A stretch of 41,147 nucleotides of DNA. Origin: an uncultured Clostridia bacterium. GTDB taxonomy: Bacteria; Bacillota; Clostridia; Christensenellales; DTU072. Numbering within the stretch: the first letter of the stretch is position 1; each line of letters opens with the position of its first letter. Where the stretch lies: positions 1 to 41,147 of the forward strand of contig CALVXZ010000004.1 in NCBI GenBank assembly GCA_944371785.1, written 5' to 3'. Positions 28,758 through 38,882 of the stretch are shown in pieces. The notes under the pieces were generated by a model. That model had not been told where the DNA came from. It saw only the letters and a program-made list of their open reading frames with translations, and did not search any database. The position numbers and the translations under genes are program-made.

Positions 28758-29707
28758 TAGAACTGCATCTGCACCTGGACGGGTCGTTATCGGAAAGCGA
28801 ACTGAACGAGATCAAACGGAAATTTTATGCTTCCGAAGACGTTCCGTATACTCCGGTGCGGTTTGACGGCAGAGGCGGACTAGGCGAATATTTAAAGTGT
28901 TTCAGGTATCCGTTATTGTTATTAAGGAAACCCGAAAGCGTATATTTTGCGATATGCGCTTTGTCCGAAAGGTTGCACGCGCAGGGCGAAGAGTATTGCG
29001 AGATCCGTTTTGCTCCGGCACTGTCGGCAGGTATCGAAGGCGTCGCGGAGATCGCCGACGCCGCCGAACGCGCCGCCTGCGATCTGAACGGAAAGGGCGT
29101 ATATACGGGGATCGTTTTCTGTTGTATGCGCGGCGCTCCGGAAAAAGAAAATCTTGCCGTGGCAAAGACTGCCGCCGACAAAATACGGAACGGCAAAGGC
29201 GTGGTCGGCGTCGATCTTGCAGGCGACGAAGGCAGGTATCCGAACGAGGACTACTCCGGGATATTCGCGTTTTTAAGGGAATCGGAAACTCCGTTTACCG
29301 TCCACGCGGGGGAGGCGCGCGGCGCCGAGAGCGTCGGTTCGGCGATACTTTTCGGGGCGCGCAGGATAGGGCACGGCGTCGCGGCGGCTTCCGACGAACG
29401 CGTTATCGCCATGATGCGCGAAAGGGGAGTGCTTGCGGAGATGTGTTACACTTCGAATCTGCAGACGGGAGCCTGGAAGGGCGGACGGGAAGGATACCCG
29501 TTGCGGAAATTCATTTCCGAAGGCGTCAAAGTTTCGCTGAATTCGGACAATACCACGGTTTCCGGGACGGATTTGAAGAGGGAATATTCGCTGTTGGGAA
29601 TAAACGGGGAGGAAGCGCGGATATTGTATTCCCGCGCTTTCGAGGCGGCTTTTCCGAATGCGGCGGCAGCGGCTTTTTTCGTAAACCGCGGAAAAGGTCA
29701 TCTATAA
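28754..29707 (+). CDS. add: Adenosine deaminase family protein
   Basis: ELHLHLDGSL, EIRFAP, DLAGDE, TVHAGE, RIGHG, NSDN. Confidence 0.88.
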   Translation: MIELHLHLDGSLSESELNEIKRKFYASEDVPYTPVRFDGRGGLGEYLKCFRYPLLLLRKPESVYFAICALSERLHAQGEEYCEIRFAPALSAGIEGVAEIADAAERAACDLNGKGVYTGIVFCCMRGAPEKENLAVAKTAADKIRNGKGVVGVDLAGDEGRYPNEDYSGIFAFLRESETPFTVHAGEARGAESVGSAILFGARRIGHGVAAASDERVIAMMRERGVLAEMCYTSNLQTGAWKGGREGYPLRKFISEGVKVSLNSDNTTVSGTDLKREYSLLGINGEEARILYSRAFEAAFPNAAAAAFFVNRGKGHL

Positions 29708-29724
29708 AACCGACGGATATTTAT

Positions 29725-29756
29725 AAAAAACGGCTCCCTTCGACGGGGAGCCGTTT
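29725..29756. terminator. Bidirectional terminator between convergent genes
   Basis: AAAAAACGGCTCCC-loop-GGGAGCCGTTT. Confidence 0.8.
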
Positions 29757-29776
29757 CAAGTCGGGCGTGTTTGAAA

Positions 29777-30646
29777 CTATTTGAAGATTCTCAAAACGTT
29801 ATGGACAATGCGGCAGTCGATGACTTTGTCGGAAATGACTTCGCCGTCGACCTCGGTGCAGCCGTCGTCCAGGACTTCGATTTTTACGCTGTCCGCCAGA
29901 TACTCCTCGGTGTAGGGGGAATCGATGTGTTTGCCGCCGTTCAGGAACTTGATAAGCGTCGGCAGGATCTTGTATTTCGGCATCTCGTTTATCAAAACGA
30001 CGTTCATCTTTCCGTCGTCGGTTACCGAATGGGGGGAGATTTTCATACCGCCGCCGATGCAGGTGCCGTTTGCCGCGGCTATCATAAACACCGATTTTTC
30101 CTGTCTTTTGCCGTCGATCTCCAACGCTATCTTATGGAATTTGCATTCTATCAGCGTGATCAGCAGCGACGCGTAATATTTGGCTACTCCCTTGAAAGCC
30201 TTCATCTTTCCGTAGCGCACCAGGACGTCCACGTCCATTCCCGCGCCGGTGCAGTTTATCGCGCGGCGATGTCCCAGATCCAGGTAATCGCTGTAAACGA
30301 CGTTGTTTTTCAATATAAGGTTGATGGCTTCTACGGGGTCTGACGGTATGCCTGCCGCGCGGATGAAATCGTTTCCGGTGCCGCAGGAGATGATCCCCAC
30401 GTTGATCTTTTCGAAATCGGTGATGCCGTTCAGGACTTCGTTCAGGGTTCCGTCGCCGCCCATAACTATCAGGTCGGTATGCTCTTTCTTATTCAATTCG
30501 GAGGTGATTTCCTTTGCGTGCAGGGGGTGGTCGGTATGGTGCACGGTATATTCAACGCCGTTTTCGTCCAGGACGGCTTTGATTTTTTCGAAAGCCAGCT
30601 GACTGCCGCCTTTTGCGGAAGTCGGATTTAAAATTATATCGAACAT
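29777..30646 (-). CDS. Diacylglycerol/lipid kinase (DagK/YegS family)
   Basis: ILNPTS, GGDGTLNEV, GTGNDF, GGG, DDG, EVDGE. Confidence 0.92.
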   Translation of the reverse strand: MFDIILNPTSAKGGSQLAFEKIKAVLDENGVEYTVHHTDHPLHAKEITSELNKKEHTDLIVMGGDGTLNEVLNGITDFEKINVGIISCGTGNDFIRAAGIPSDPVEAINLILKNNVVYSDYLDLGHRRAINCTGAGMDVDVLVRYGKMKAFKGVAKYYASLLITLIECKFHKIALEIDGKRQEKSVFMIAAANGTCIGGGMKISPHSVTDDGKMNVVLINEMPKYKILPTLIKFLNGGKHIDSPYTEEYLADSVKIEVLDDGCTEVDGEVISDKVIDCRIVHNVLRIFK

Positions 30647-30791
30647 ATCTCAATCTCCTTTCGAGTATGCGATAAGTATATAACATATTTTGTAAAAAAT
30701 CAATATCGGCGGTCAATTTTCCGAAGACATACTCCGGGCGAGTTGACAAAAAATACTGTACAACCTTATAAGCAGGCTGTATAATAGCTAT

Positions 30792-31193
30792 ATGGAGTTA
30801 GTAAGAGTATTGACGTCGGCGGATAAAGTCGTCGTGATATCGGAAGGAAAGGGATTCGGACTGTCGGGCGAAACCGCCGTGGCTTTTATGGATATTTTCG
30901 AAAGCGTGACCGCAGACGGATACGAGATGCCGGCGCTGGGAGTAAGTCTGGACGCTCTTGTCAAAAAGGATATGGAAAGCGGAGTGTGGCTGAAGTTTTG
31001 TTTCGGCGGCACAAGGGTTCACCGCGAAATGCCGTTCGACGAACTTGCCGTGCGGTTGATGCCCGAATATTGCGGATTGGAATTTATGCGCGGCAACGGG
31101 GGAGTATACGAAGGAAGGGACTATTATTACTGTCTGAAAAAAGGTCAGACCGCCGCTAAATTGTACGACTTCGCTTCGGCGGCTGTCAGATAA
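30792..31193 (+). CDS. Hypothetical protein
   Basis: Fills the intergenic gap with host-like codon usage; TATAAT (30780-30785) 6 nt before the ATG. Confidence 0.7.
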   Translation: MELVRVLTSADKVVVISEGKGFGLSGETAVAFMDIFESVTADGYEMPALGVSLDALVKKDMESGVWLKFCFGGTRVHREMPFDELAVRLMPEYCGLEFMRGNGGVYEGRDYYYCLKKGQTAAKLYDFASAAVR

Positions 31194-31256
31194 GCGGAAG
31201 CGTATCCGGATCTAAGTTCAGGGGACGATCGTGGATTTAAACAGAGGTATCGAGAT

Positions 31257-32609
31257 ATGAGGATCATCGTTGTAGGAGCGGGAAACGTCGGCAAAGAGTT
31301 GGTTTCCAGGCTCTCTAAAGAAGGTCACGACATAGTCGTCGTGGACTCCAGCGAAAAACGGCTGAAAGAATTTATAGACAGACACGACGTCATGGGCATA
31401 TCGGGAAACGGCGCCGATTTCGACGTTTTGGAGGAGGCGGGCGTCAATACCGCAGATCTTTTCGTGGCGTGTACTCCGAGGGACGAACTGAATATTCTGT
31501 GTTCGCTGGTGGCTAAAAAACTAGGTGCTAAGGATACCGTCGCCAGGGTGCGCTCGCCCGAATATTTCGAACTTTTCAAAGAACACGACCTGGGATTGTC
31601 GGTAATGGTGAACCCCGAATTCGAAATGGCGCGGGAGATAGCTTCGGCGCTGAAATATCTTTCGGCTATCAGGATAGAAACTTTTGCCGGCGGAAAAGTC
31701 AGTCTTGCGGAGGTGAAAGTCACCGCCGAAAGCGGTTTGGGCGGATTGGAACTGAAGAATCTGAAAAGCCGTTTTTCGGTAAAGCTGTTGGTATGCGCCG
31801 TGGAAAGGGAAGACGGCAACGTATATATCCCGCGCGGCAATTTTACTCTGAAGGAACGCGACACCGTATATGTGGTTACGGACAGCGGAGATATAGGAAC
31901 GTTTTTCAAGGAGATCGCCGGCGCCAGGCTGATGAAAAGAGTTATGATCGCCGGCGGCGGCAGGATATCTTATTATCTCGCGCGCGCTTTGGGCAAAATG
32001 GGCGTCAAGGTAAAGATCATCGAATCCGACGAACAAAAATGCAAGGTGCTCAGCGAGGAACTGCCGAAAGCCGAAATCATCTTCGGCGACGCATCCGATC
32101 ACGAACTGCTGTTGGAAGAAGGGTTAAAGCGTACCGACGCGTTCGTTTCGTTATGCACGTTGGACGAACAGAACATAATTTTATCGTTGTATGCGCGCGA
32201 AAAAGGCGCAAAGAAAGTCATAGCGCGCGTCGAAAAAAGCACTTATTACGAACTTTTACAAGATTCCGGCGTCGATTCGATAGTTTCTTCGAAAGCCATC
32301 ACCGCCGATCTTATCGCCCGTTACGCCAGAAGCCGCAGCGGAGCGCGCTCCGGCGGTTCCGTCAAAAAGCTCATCCGCATAATGAACGACAGGGCGGAAA
32401 CGCTGGAATTCAACGTGGAATCCTCTTTCAAAGCGTTGGATACGCCGTTGAAGGACGTTCAATTGCAGGACAACGTGTTGATAGCCACTATAATCCGCGA
32501 CGGCGAAGTATTCATTCCCGACGGCGATTCCGTGATAAAACAGGGCGATTCCGTCCTGGCGGTGACAACGAACGAATATACCGACGAGCTGAACGATCTG
32601 GTGAAATAA
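31257..32609 (+). CDS. trkA: Trk potassium uptake system NAD-binding subunit
   Basis: Two RCK repeats, GAGNVG and GGGRIS, 450 aa. Confidence 0.95.
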   Translation: MRIIVVGAGNVGKELVSRLSKEGHDIVVVDSSEKRLKEFIDRHDVMGISGNGADFDVLEEAGVNTADLFVACTPRDELNILCSLVAKKLGAKDTVARVRSPEYFELFKEHDLGLSVMVNPEFEMAREIASALKYLSAIRIETFAGGKVSLAEVKVTAESGLGGLELKNLKSRFSVKLLVCAVEREDGNVYIPRGNFTLKERDTVYVVTDSGDIGTFFKEIAGARLMKRVMIAGGGRISYYLARALGKMGVKVKIIESDEQKCKVLSEELPKAEIIFGDASDHELLLEEGLKRTDAFVSLCTLDEQNIILSLYAREKGAKKVIARVEKSTYYELLQDSGVDSIVSSKAITADLIARYARSRSGARSGGSVKKLIRIMNDRAETLEFNVESSFKALDTPLKDVQLQDNVLIATIIRDGEVFIPDGDSVIKQGDSVLAVTTNEYTDELNDLVK

Positions 32610-32610
32610 T

Positions 32611-34113
32611 ATGATGAATTACAGAATGACCGCATATATCCTGGGGAGCATCGCAGTCATAACGGCGGCTTTGATGACGGTGCCGTTCATTATGACTTTC
32701 GGGTTCAGGGAAGATTATGCGAGCACGACTTTCGCTTTCGGACTGACGATAGTTTTGCTGTTGGCGGTAGGTATCCCGTGCATAGTCAAAAAACCTCAGA
32801 ACACGCATATAACTTCCTCCTGCGGTTTCGTTACGGTGGCTTTGGCGTGGATATTGATGAGTATCGTCGGCGCTATCCCCTTGTGCGCCAGCGGCGTCAT
32901 TCCCAACTTCGTCGACTGCTTTTTCGAAATGGTATCCGGATTCACCACCACCGGCGCAACCATAATGACAAATATAGAAGGGGCTCCGAATTCGATGCTG
33001 TTCTGGCGTTCGATGACGCATTGGATAGGCGGTATGGGGATCCTGGTGTTTGTGGTGGCTCTGCTGCCGAAATCCAATCCTGCGGTAGTCCACCTGATGA
33101 AAGCCGAAGTGCCCGGTCCCGAATTCGGAAAACTCGTCAGCAAACTGCGTTTTACCGCGCGGATACTGTATTGTATATATCTTGCGCTGACGGTTCTGGA
33201 AGTCGTTTTGTTGGTGGCTTCCCCGAAAATGACCCTTTTCGACGCCGTAGTGCATTCGATGTCCACCGCAGGTACCGGAGGTTTTTCGAATAAGAATCTG
33301 TCGGTAGGTTATTTTAACGACGTATACATAGATATCGTCATAACGGTGTTTATGATGCTGTTCGCCACGAACTTCAACGTATTCTATTTCGTGTTGATAG
33401 GTCACGTTTCCGCCGCGTTAAGGAACGAGGAACTGCGCACGATGTTCATTATTTTCGGTTTCGCCACGCTGGCTATCACTCTCAGCCTGACCTTGAACGG
33501 CATTTACGAAAACTTCTGGGTCTCGTTAAGGTATGCGGCATTCCAGACGGCTTCGCTGATGAGTACCACCGGATTCGCCACGGCGGATTTCAACAATTGG
33601 CCCACGTTATGCCACATTCTTTTGCTTGGAGTGATGTTCGTCGGAGGCTCCGCCGGCAGCACAGCCGGAGGATTGAAGGTGTCGCGCATAATAATCGGCG
33701 CGAAGAGCAGCTTCGTCAGTATGAAAAAAGCCTATTCTCCGCGCGGAGTATTTACCGTAAAATTGGACGGCAGACCCGTTTCGGACGATTTGAGGCTGTC
33801 CGTAGCCAACTATTTCGTGGCATACTTTTTCATTACCGTGATATCGCTTATTCTGATATCGCTTGCGGAACCGACTTTGCCGCCTTCGCTGCAGGCAGCC
33901 GATTCGGGATGGTTCGTAGAAAACTTTTCCGCCGTTGCCACCTGTATAAACAACGTGGGTCCCGGTCTGGGTTCTTTCGGTCCGATGTACAACTTTGCGC
34001 ATATGACGTATTTTTCAAAGCTGGTGCTGTGTTTCGATATGCTGGCGGGCAGGTTGGAAATAGTGCCGATGCTTTTGCTGTTCTATCCCAAAGCCTGGGT
34101 GCCCGCGAAATAG
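32611..34113 (+). CDS. trkH: Trk potassium uptake membrane subunit
   Basis: SGFTTTGA, WIGGMG, TAGTGGFS, STTGF, GSTAGGLK, NNVGPG, GRLEI. Confidence 0.95.
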   Translation: MMNYRMTAYILGSIAVITAALMTVPFIMTFGFREDYASTTFAFGLTIVLLLAVGIPCIVKKPQNTHITSSCGFVTVALAWILMSIVGAIPLCASGVIPNFVDCFFEMVSGFTTTGATIMTNIEGAPNSMLFWRSMTHWIGGMGILVFVVALLPKSNPAVVHLMKAEVPGPEFGKLVSKLRFTARILYCIYLALTVLEVVLLVASPKMTLFDAVVHSMSTAGTGGFSNKNLSVGYFNDVYIDIVITVFMMLFATNFNVFYFVLIGHVSAALRNEELRTMFIIFGFATLAITLSLTLNGIYENFWVSLRYAAFQTASLMSTTGFATADFNNWPTLCHILLLGVMFVGGSAGSTAGGLKVSRIIIGAKSSFVSMKKAYSPRGVFTVKLDGRPVSDDLRLSVANYFVAYFFITVISLILISLAEPTLPPSLQAADSGWFVENFSAVATCINNVGPGLGSFGPMYNFAHMTYFSKLVLCFDMLAGRLEIVPMLLLFYPKAWVPAK

Positions 34114-34130
34114 GCGGAACAAATATAATA

Positions 34131-34158
34131 TTGACATATACCGCAGCGATGATATAAT
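34131..34158 (+). promoter_or_regulatory. Sigma-A promoter
   Basis: TTGACA N16 TATAAT. Confidence 0.8.
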
Positions 34159-34164
34159 TGTGGT

Positions 34165-34256
34165 ATCAAAAGGGAGTAGTCTGAAAGCGCGCGGGTCGTC
34201 AGTACGACGCAGTATGCGTCCGGTTCGCGCCACCGAAAGGTAGCCAAGACTTTTGA
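34165..34256 (+). ncRNA. yybP-ykoY manganese-sensing riboswitch
   Basis: TCAAAAG-GGAGTAG ... GTCGTCAGTACG ... CCGG ... CAAGA-CTTTTGA; P1 closure; lies upstream of a P-type ATPase. Confidence 0.88.
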
Positions 34257-34284
34257 CGCATTACGCCGCCGAAAGTCTTTTTTT
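34246..34284 (+). terminator. Riboswitch expression-platform terminator
   Basis: AAGACTTTTG...CGAAAGTCTT followed by a T run; its 5' arm overlaps the aptamer P1 3' strand. Confidence 0.8.
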
Positions 34285-34342
34285 AATCAACCGATCTGCC
34301 GGATCGACCGAACGGCGGCTGCCGCCGTAAAGGAGAAGCACA

Positions 34343-36997
34343 ATGAATTATTACTCCGAAAACCTTTCCGAAATAATGGAATCGCTTGGAACTTCGGAAG
34401 AGGGACTCAGCCCGGAAGAAGCCGGAAAAAGGCTGGCGGAACACGGCAAGAACGCCTTGCAGGAAAAGAAGAAAAAACCGCTTATCGTAAAATTTTTCGA
34501 ACAGTTCAAGGACGTTATGATAATCGTGCTGATCGCCGCGGCGATAATATCCGCCGCGTTGACCGTTTACACGAAAGAATACTCCGAATTGATCGAATCG
34601 GGGCTGATACTGCTGATCGTCATAGTCAACGCCGTGATAGGCGTAGTTCAGGAAAACAAGGCGGAATCGGCTCTGGAGGCTCTGAAGAATCTGAACAAGC
34701 CGTTTTCAAAAGTCATCCGTGGCGGCGCGCTGATACAGATAAAGAGCGAAGAAATCGTCCCCGGCGACGTCATACAATTGGAAGCGGGCGATATCGTGCC
34801 GTGCGACGTCAGGTTGTTCTCGTCCGCGTCCCTGAAAATCGAAGAAGCCGCGCTTACGGGGGAATCGGTTCCCGTAGAAAAAGATTCGGAAGCCCAAATT
34901 CCCGAAAAAGCGCCGCTTGGCGACAGGAAGAATATGGCTTACGGTTCCGGTATAGTGTCTTACGGCAGGGGCAGAGGTATAGCCGTTCATACCGGTATGG
35001 AAACCGAAGTCGGCAAGATCGCAAAGATGTTGGAAACGGGTACCGACGATTCGACGCCGCTGCAAAAACAGTTGAACAAAACCGCCAAAGTGCTGTCGGT
35101 ATTGGTGTTGGCGATCGCCGTTGTCATATTTGCGGTTTCGCTTGCCGACGACACCAGCCAATGGATAAACGCGTTCATGACCGCAGTCGCTATCGCGGTC
35201 GCGGCGATCCCCGAAGGACTGCCGGCGGTAGTCACCGTCGTTTTGGCTATCGGCGTACAGCGTATGTCGAAACGCAACGCCATTATCAGGAATCTGCCCG
35301 CAGTCGAAACTTTAGGCTGTTGCGAAATAATCTGTTCAGACAAAACGGGCACGCTGACTTTGAACAAAATGACCGTAAAGCGTCTGTACACCGCTTCGGG
35401 CGGTATGATCGGCGACGGCGAATATTCCGCGGAGAACGAGGACGCGGCGTTGCTGGTCAGGGCGATGACGCTCTGCAACGATACCGCGGAGGGAGTTTCC
35501 GGGCTGACGGGAGATCCCACCGAAACGGCTTTGGTGGCGTTTTACACGGATAAAGGCGGAGATTTCGCCGCGCTGAAAAAAGAGTGGCGGCGCGTGGACG
35601 AAGTGCCTTTCGATTCCGTCAGAAAGATGATGACGACGGTAAACGAATGCGACGGACGCCGCGTGGCTCACATAAAGGGCGCCACCGACATAATGTTGAA
35701 AGAATGCAAAAAGATCGTCGACGGCGGCAAAGTCAGGAAGATCACTCCCGAAGACGTCGAAGCTATCCGTTCCGCCAACGCGGCGATGGCGTCGCACGCG
35801 CTGAGAGTTTTGGGCGTCGCCGTGAAATACGACGACGTTTCCGATATCGAAAACATCGAAAAAGATATTGCGTTCGTGGGATTGGTCGGGATGATCGATC
35901 CTCCCAGACCGGAAGTAAAAGAGGCGGTCAGAGTGGCTATAGGCGCGGGGATGCGTCCGATCATGATCACCGGTGACCACCGCGACACCGCCGCAGCGAT
36001 CGCCAGGGAAATAGGGATACTGCGCGAAGGCGACAAGGTCATGGAAGGCCGCGAAATAGACGCGCTGTCCGACGAGGAGTTCAGAAACGTCATATCGGAA
36101 TATTCCGTATTCGCAAGGGTAAGCCCCGAAAACAAGGTCAGGATAGTCCGCGCATACCGTTCTTTCGGTCACGTCGTGGCGATGACGGGCGACGGAGTCA
36201 ACGACGCGCCTTCCATAAAAGAAGCCGATATCGGCATAGGAATGGGGATAACGGGGACGGACGTTTCGAAAGGCGCCGCCGATATGATCCTGGCGGACGA
36301 CAACTTCGCGACGATAGTTTCCGCAGTCGAAGAGGGCAGGAAGATCTTTCAGAACATCAAAAAAGCCATACAGTTTCTGCTGTCGGCTAATATCGCCGAG
36401 GTTCTGTGTCTGTTTATAGCCACGGTGTTTTTGAAGATAGAATTCCTTACTCCGATAATGATCTTGTGGGTGAACCTGGTCACGGACAGTCTGCCGGCGC
36501 TTTCTTTGGGTATGGAAAAAGCCGAATCCGACGTTATGTCCAGACCTCCGAGGAAGACGGGCGGAAACCTGTTCCGCGGCAAGATGGGCGCGGATATAAT
36601 CGTTCAGGGCATCATTCAGACGGGATTGGTAATGCTTTCCTTCTGTTTGGGGCATTACGTTTTGGACGCTTCCAACGAATACGTCGGAATGACTATGGCG
36701 TTTATCAGCCTGTGCATAATACAGCTTTTCCACAGCTACAACCTGAAGCGTCAGGACAACAGTATCTTCCATAAAGACGTGTTCGACAACAAATGGCTGA
36801 ATATTTCGTTCATAGTCGGAGCGGGTTTGGTGCTTCTGATAACGTTGATACCGGCGTTCCACGGTATTTTCGACATAGCTTCGCTGAACGCCGCCGAATG
36901 GTTCATAGCTTTGGGCTGCGCGTTTGCGGTGATACCGTTGGTGGAAATAAAGAAACTTATCGAAAAACTCATTGCAAAGGCGAAGAAAAACAAATAA
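34343..36997 (+). CDS. P2A-type cation (Ca2+/Mn2+) transporting P-type ATPase
   Basis: TGES, AIPEGL, DKTGT, KGA, MITGD, MTGDGVND, ILWVNLVTD. Confidence 0.95.
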   Translation: MNYYSENLSEIMESLGTSEEGLSPEEAGKRLAEHGKNALQEKKKKPLIVKFFEQFKDVMIIVLIAAAIISAALTVYTKEYSELIESGLILLIVIVNAVIGVVQENKAESALEALKNLNKPFSKVIRGGALIQIKSEEIVPGDVIQLEAGDIVPCDVRLFSSASLKIEEAALTGESVPVEKDSEAQIPEKAPLGDRKNMAYGSGIVSYGRGRGIAVHTGMETEVGKIAKMLETGTDDSTPLQKQLNKTAKVLSVLVLAIAVVIFAVSLADDTSQWINAFMTAVAIAVAAIPEGLPAVVTVVLAIGVQRMSKRNAIIRNLPAVETLGCCEIICSDKTGTLTLNKMTVKRLYTASGGMIGDGEYSAENEDAALLVRAMTLCNDTAEGVSGLTGDPTETALVAFYTDKGGDFAALKKEWRRVDEVPFDSVRKMMTTVNECDGRRVAHIKGATDIMLKECKKIVDGGKVRKITPEDVEAIRSANAAMASHALRVLGVAVKYDDVSDIENIEKDIAFVGLVGMIDPPRPEVKEAVRVAIGAGMRPIMITGDHRDTAAAIAREIGILREGDKVMEGREIDALSDEEFRNVISEYSVFARVSPENKVRIVRAYRSFGHVVAMTGDGVNDAPSIKEADIGIGMGITGTDVSKGAADMILADDNFATIVSAVEEGRKIFQNIKKAIQFLLSANIAEVLCLFIATVFLKIEFLTPIMILWVNLVTDSLPALSLGMEKAESDVMSRPPRKTGGNLFRGKMGADIIVQGIIQTGLVMLSFCLGHYVLDASNEYVGMTMAFISLCIIQLFHSYNLKRQDNSIFHKDVFDNKWLNISFIVGAGLVLLITLIPAFHGIFDIASLNAAEWFIALGCAFAVIPLVEIKKLIEKLIAKAKKNK

Positions 36998-37009
36998 AAG
37001 GATAAAAGG

Positions 37010-37684
37010 GTGCGGAATATGTTGAACGAAAGCGATTGCCTGAAGATACTAAAATGCGTAGACCACACCGAATTGTCGCCCCTGGCGACGGAGGCCGATA
37101 TCCGCAGGACGGTGCGCGAAGCCGTACGGTGGGGAGCGGGAGCCGTTTGCATACCTTCGTCGTTCGTGCGCGAAGCCGTTTCGGAAGCCGCCGGCGCGAC
37201 GGCGGTGGCGGCGGTCACCGGCTTTCCGAACGGGTACGATTGCTCCGCGGCAAAGCTGAAAGAAACGGAGTACGCTTTGGAAAACGGAGCCTCCGAAACC
37301 GATACCGTGATAAACATAGGGAAGTTCCTGGGCGGAGATTACGGATACTGTCTGAAAGAACTCGGCGAATTGAAGCGGCTGTCGGGTAAAAAGGTGCTGA
37401 AGGTGATAGTGGAATGCTGTTACCTTGACGAAGCGCGGAAAATCGACGCCTGCAAACTCGTTACCGATTCCGGCGCGGATTTCATAAAGACTTCCACCGG
37501 CTTCGGCAAAGGCGGAGCCGTCATAGACGACGTAAAACTTTTCCGCGCGCACATAGGTGCAGGAGTAAAAATAAAAGCAGCGGGCGGTATCCGCGATTTC
37601 GAAACCGCCGCCGCTATGATCGCCGCCGGCGCCGACAGAATAGGCGCCAGCAGGCTGATAAAGATTCTGGAGAGCCGCAAGTAG
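37010..37684 (+). CDS. deoC: Deoxyribose-phosphate aldolase
   Basis: DHT.L, GFPNG, LKVIVE, GADFIKTSTGF, KAAGGIR, RIGAS; start may be 37019. Confidence 0.95.
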   Translation: MRNMLNESDCLKILKCVDHTELSPLATEADIRRTVREAVRWGAGAVCIPSSFVREAVSEAAGATAVAAVTGFPNGYDCSAAKLKETEYALENGASETDTVINIGKFLGGDYGYCLKELGELKRLSGKKVLKVIVECCYLDEARKIDACKLVTDSGADFIKTSTGFGKGGAVIDDVKLFRAHIGAGVKIKAAGGIRDFETAAAMIAAGADRIGASRLIKILESRK

Positions 37685-37748
37685 CCTTACGGAGCGTTTT
37701 TCAACGGCGAAATTTTCGTAAAAATTTATCGTTATCGGACTTTTCATC

Positions 37749-37777
37749 TGCCCGGCAATGAGCCGGGCATTGCTTTT
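37749..37777 (+). terminator. Possible terminator hairpin
   Basis: TGCCCGGC-N5-GCCGGGCA followed by TTGCTTTT. Confidence 0.5.
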
Positions 37778-38090
37778 CCGCGTTCGCTTGATTTTGCGAT
37801 AAAAGGCGTCCCTTGTCGTTTTTTGTCGGTAAGCGATATTTTTTTCGTAACAATGCGTTCGGTTAATTTAAAGCTAACCGAAACGAACGTATGGTTCGAT
37901 TTTTTATAATTTGGGGTAAAATGTTTGGCATAGCTTGTATTCTCGTAATATTATGTATAAATAAAATAACCTGAGCGCGCGTAGTTTTCCTGTACCGTTT
38001 CCGCACGAAGACCATAGACGCGCAAATTTTTTGAAAATTCGGCGAAAATTGTCGAAACTATAAGATAAAGGGAACGAAAACGAATACCCT

Positions 38091-38882
38091 TTGAACGAGG
38101 ATATCGAGGTGATGAAAAAAGACGTCGCCGCGCAGGCGGAAACAAAACTGCTGTCCGTCGAAGGACTGTGCAAGAAATATAAAAGAACAAGTTCCGTATA
38201 TGCGGCAAAAAATATTACGTTTTCCGCGGAACGCGGCGAAGTGGTAGGGCTTTTGGGCGCGAACGGTGCCGGGAAGACGACTACTTTGAAATGTATTACG
38301 GGAATGATACCGATAACGCAGGGCGAGGTCTGCGTATCCGGGTATTCCATAAAAAGAGAACCGGTAAAAGCCAAATCCGAATTTTCTTTCGTCACCGACA
38401 ACCACAGCGTTTTTTTGAAAATGACGGGTAAGCAATACCTTGATTTTATGTGCGACGTTTACAAAGTGCCCACCGAATGCAGGAAAGAACGCTATCTGAA
38501 AGCGGAGGAAAATTTCCGCCTGGGCGGCGCTGTCGGCGACGTCATCTCCGGGTACTCCCACGGAATGCGTCAAAAAATATGTATGATGGGTTCGCTGATG
38601 CACGAACCGAAACTTTGGATATTGGACGAACCGATGCTGGGGCTGGATCCGGAGACCCAACAAAGCGTGATGAGTTTCATAAAAGAGTACGCCGCATCGG
38701 GGCATACGGTACTGTTTTCTACGCACAATCTGTACGTCGCGTCGGAAATTTGCACGAAAGCCGTCATCATATCGAGCGGCAGGATATCGAAGATCCTGGA
38801 TTCCGAGGAGATCCGTTTGGGCGGAAGACGGCTTATGGAATATTGGTATCACAGCGATAATAGCGATCGGGAGGAGATCTGA
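38091..38882 (+). CDS. ABC transporter ATP-binding protein
   Basis: GANGAGKTT, YSHGMRQK, ILDEP, STH; start uncertain (38091 or 38112). Confidence 0.93.
   Translation: MNEDIEVMKKDVAAQAETKLLSVEGLCKKYKRTSSVYAAKNITFSAERGEVVGLLGANGAGKTTTLKCITGMIPITQGEVCVSGYSIKREPVKAKSEFSFVTDNHSVFLKMTGKQYLDFMCDVYKVPTECRKERYLKAEENFRLGGAVGDVISGYSHGMRQKICMMGSLMHEPKLWILDEPMLGLDPETQQSVMSFIKEYAASGHTVLFSTHNLYVASEICTKAVIISSGRISKILDSEEIRLGGRRLMEYWYHSDNSDREEI

Noticed and set aside
9974-36862. Long antisense or alternate-frame ORFs (e.g. 9974-11392, 12602-13825, 18212-19387, 21799-24177, 35336-36862)
   Set aside because: They are shadows of well-supported genes on the opposite strand or another frame, with no recognisable motifs
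37931-37965. TTATGTATAAA resembling a XerD arm of dif
   Set aside because: No matching XerC arm at the right spacing; AT-rich context makes a chance match likely
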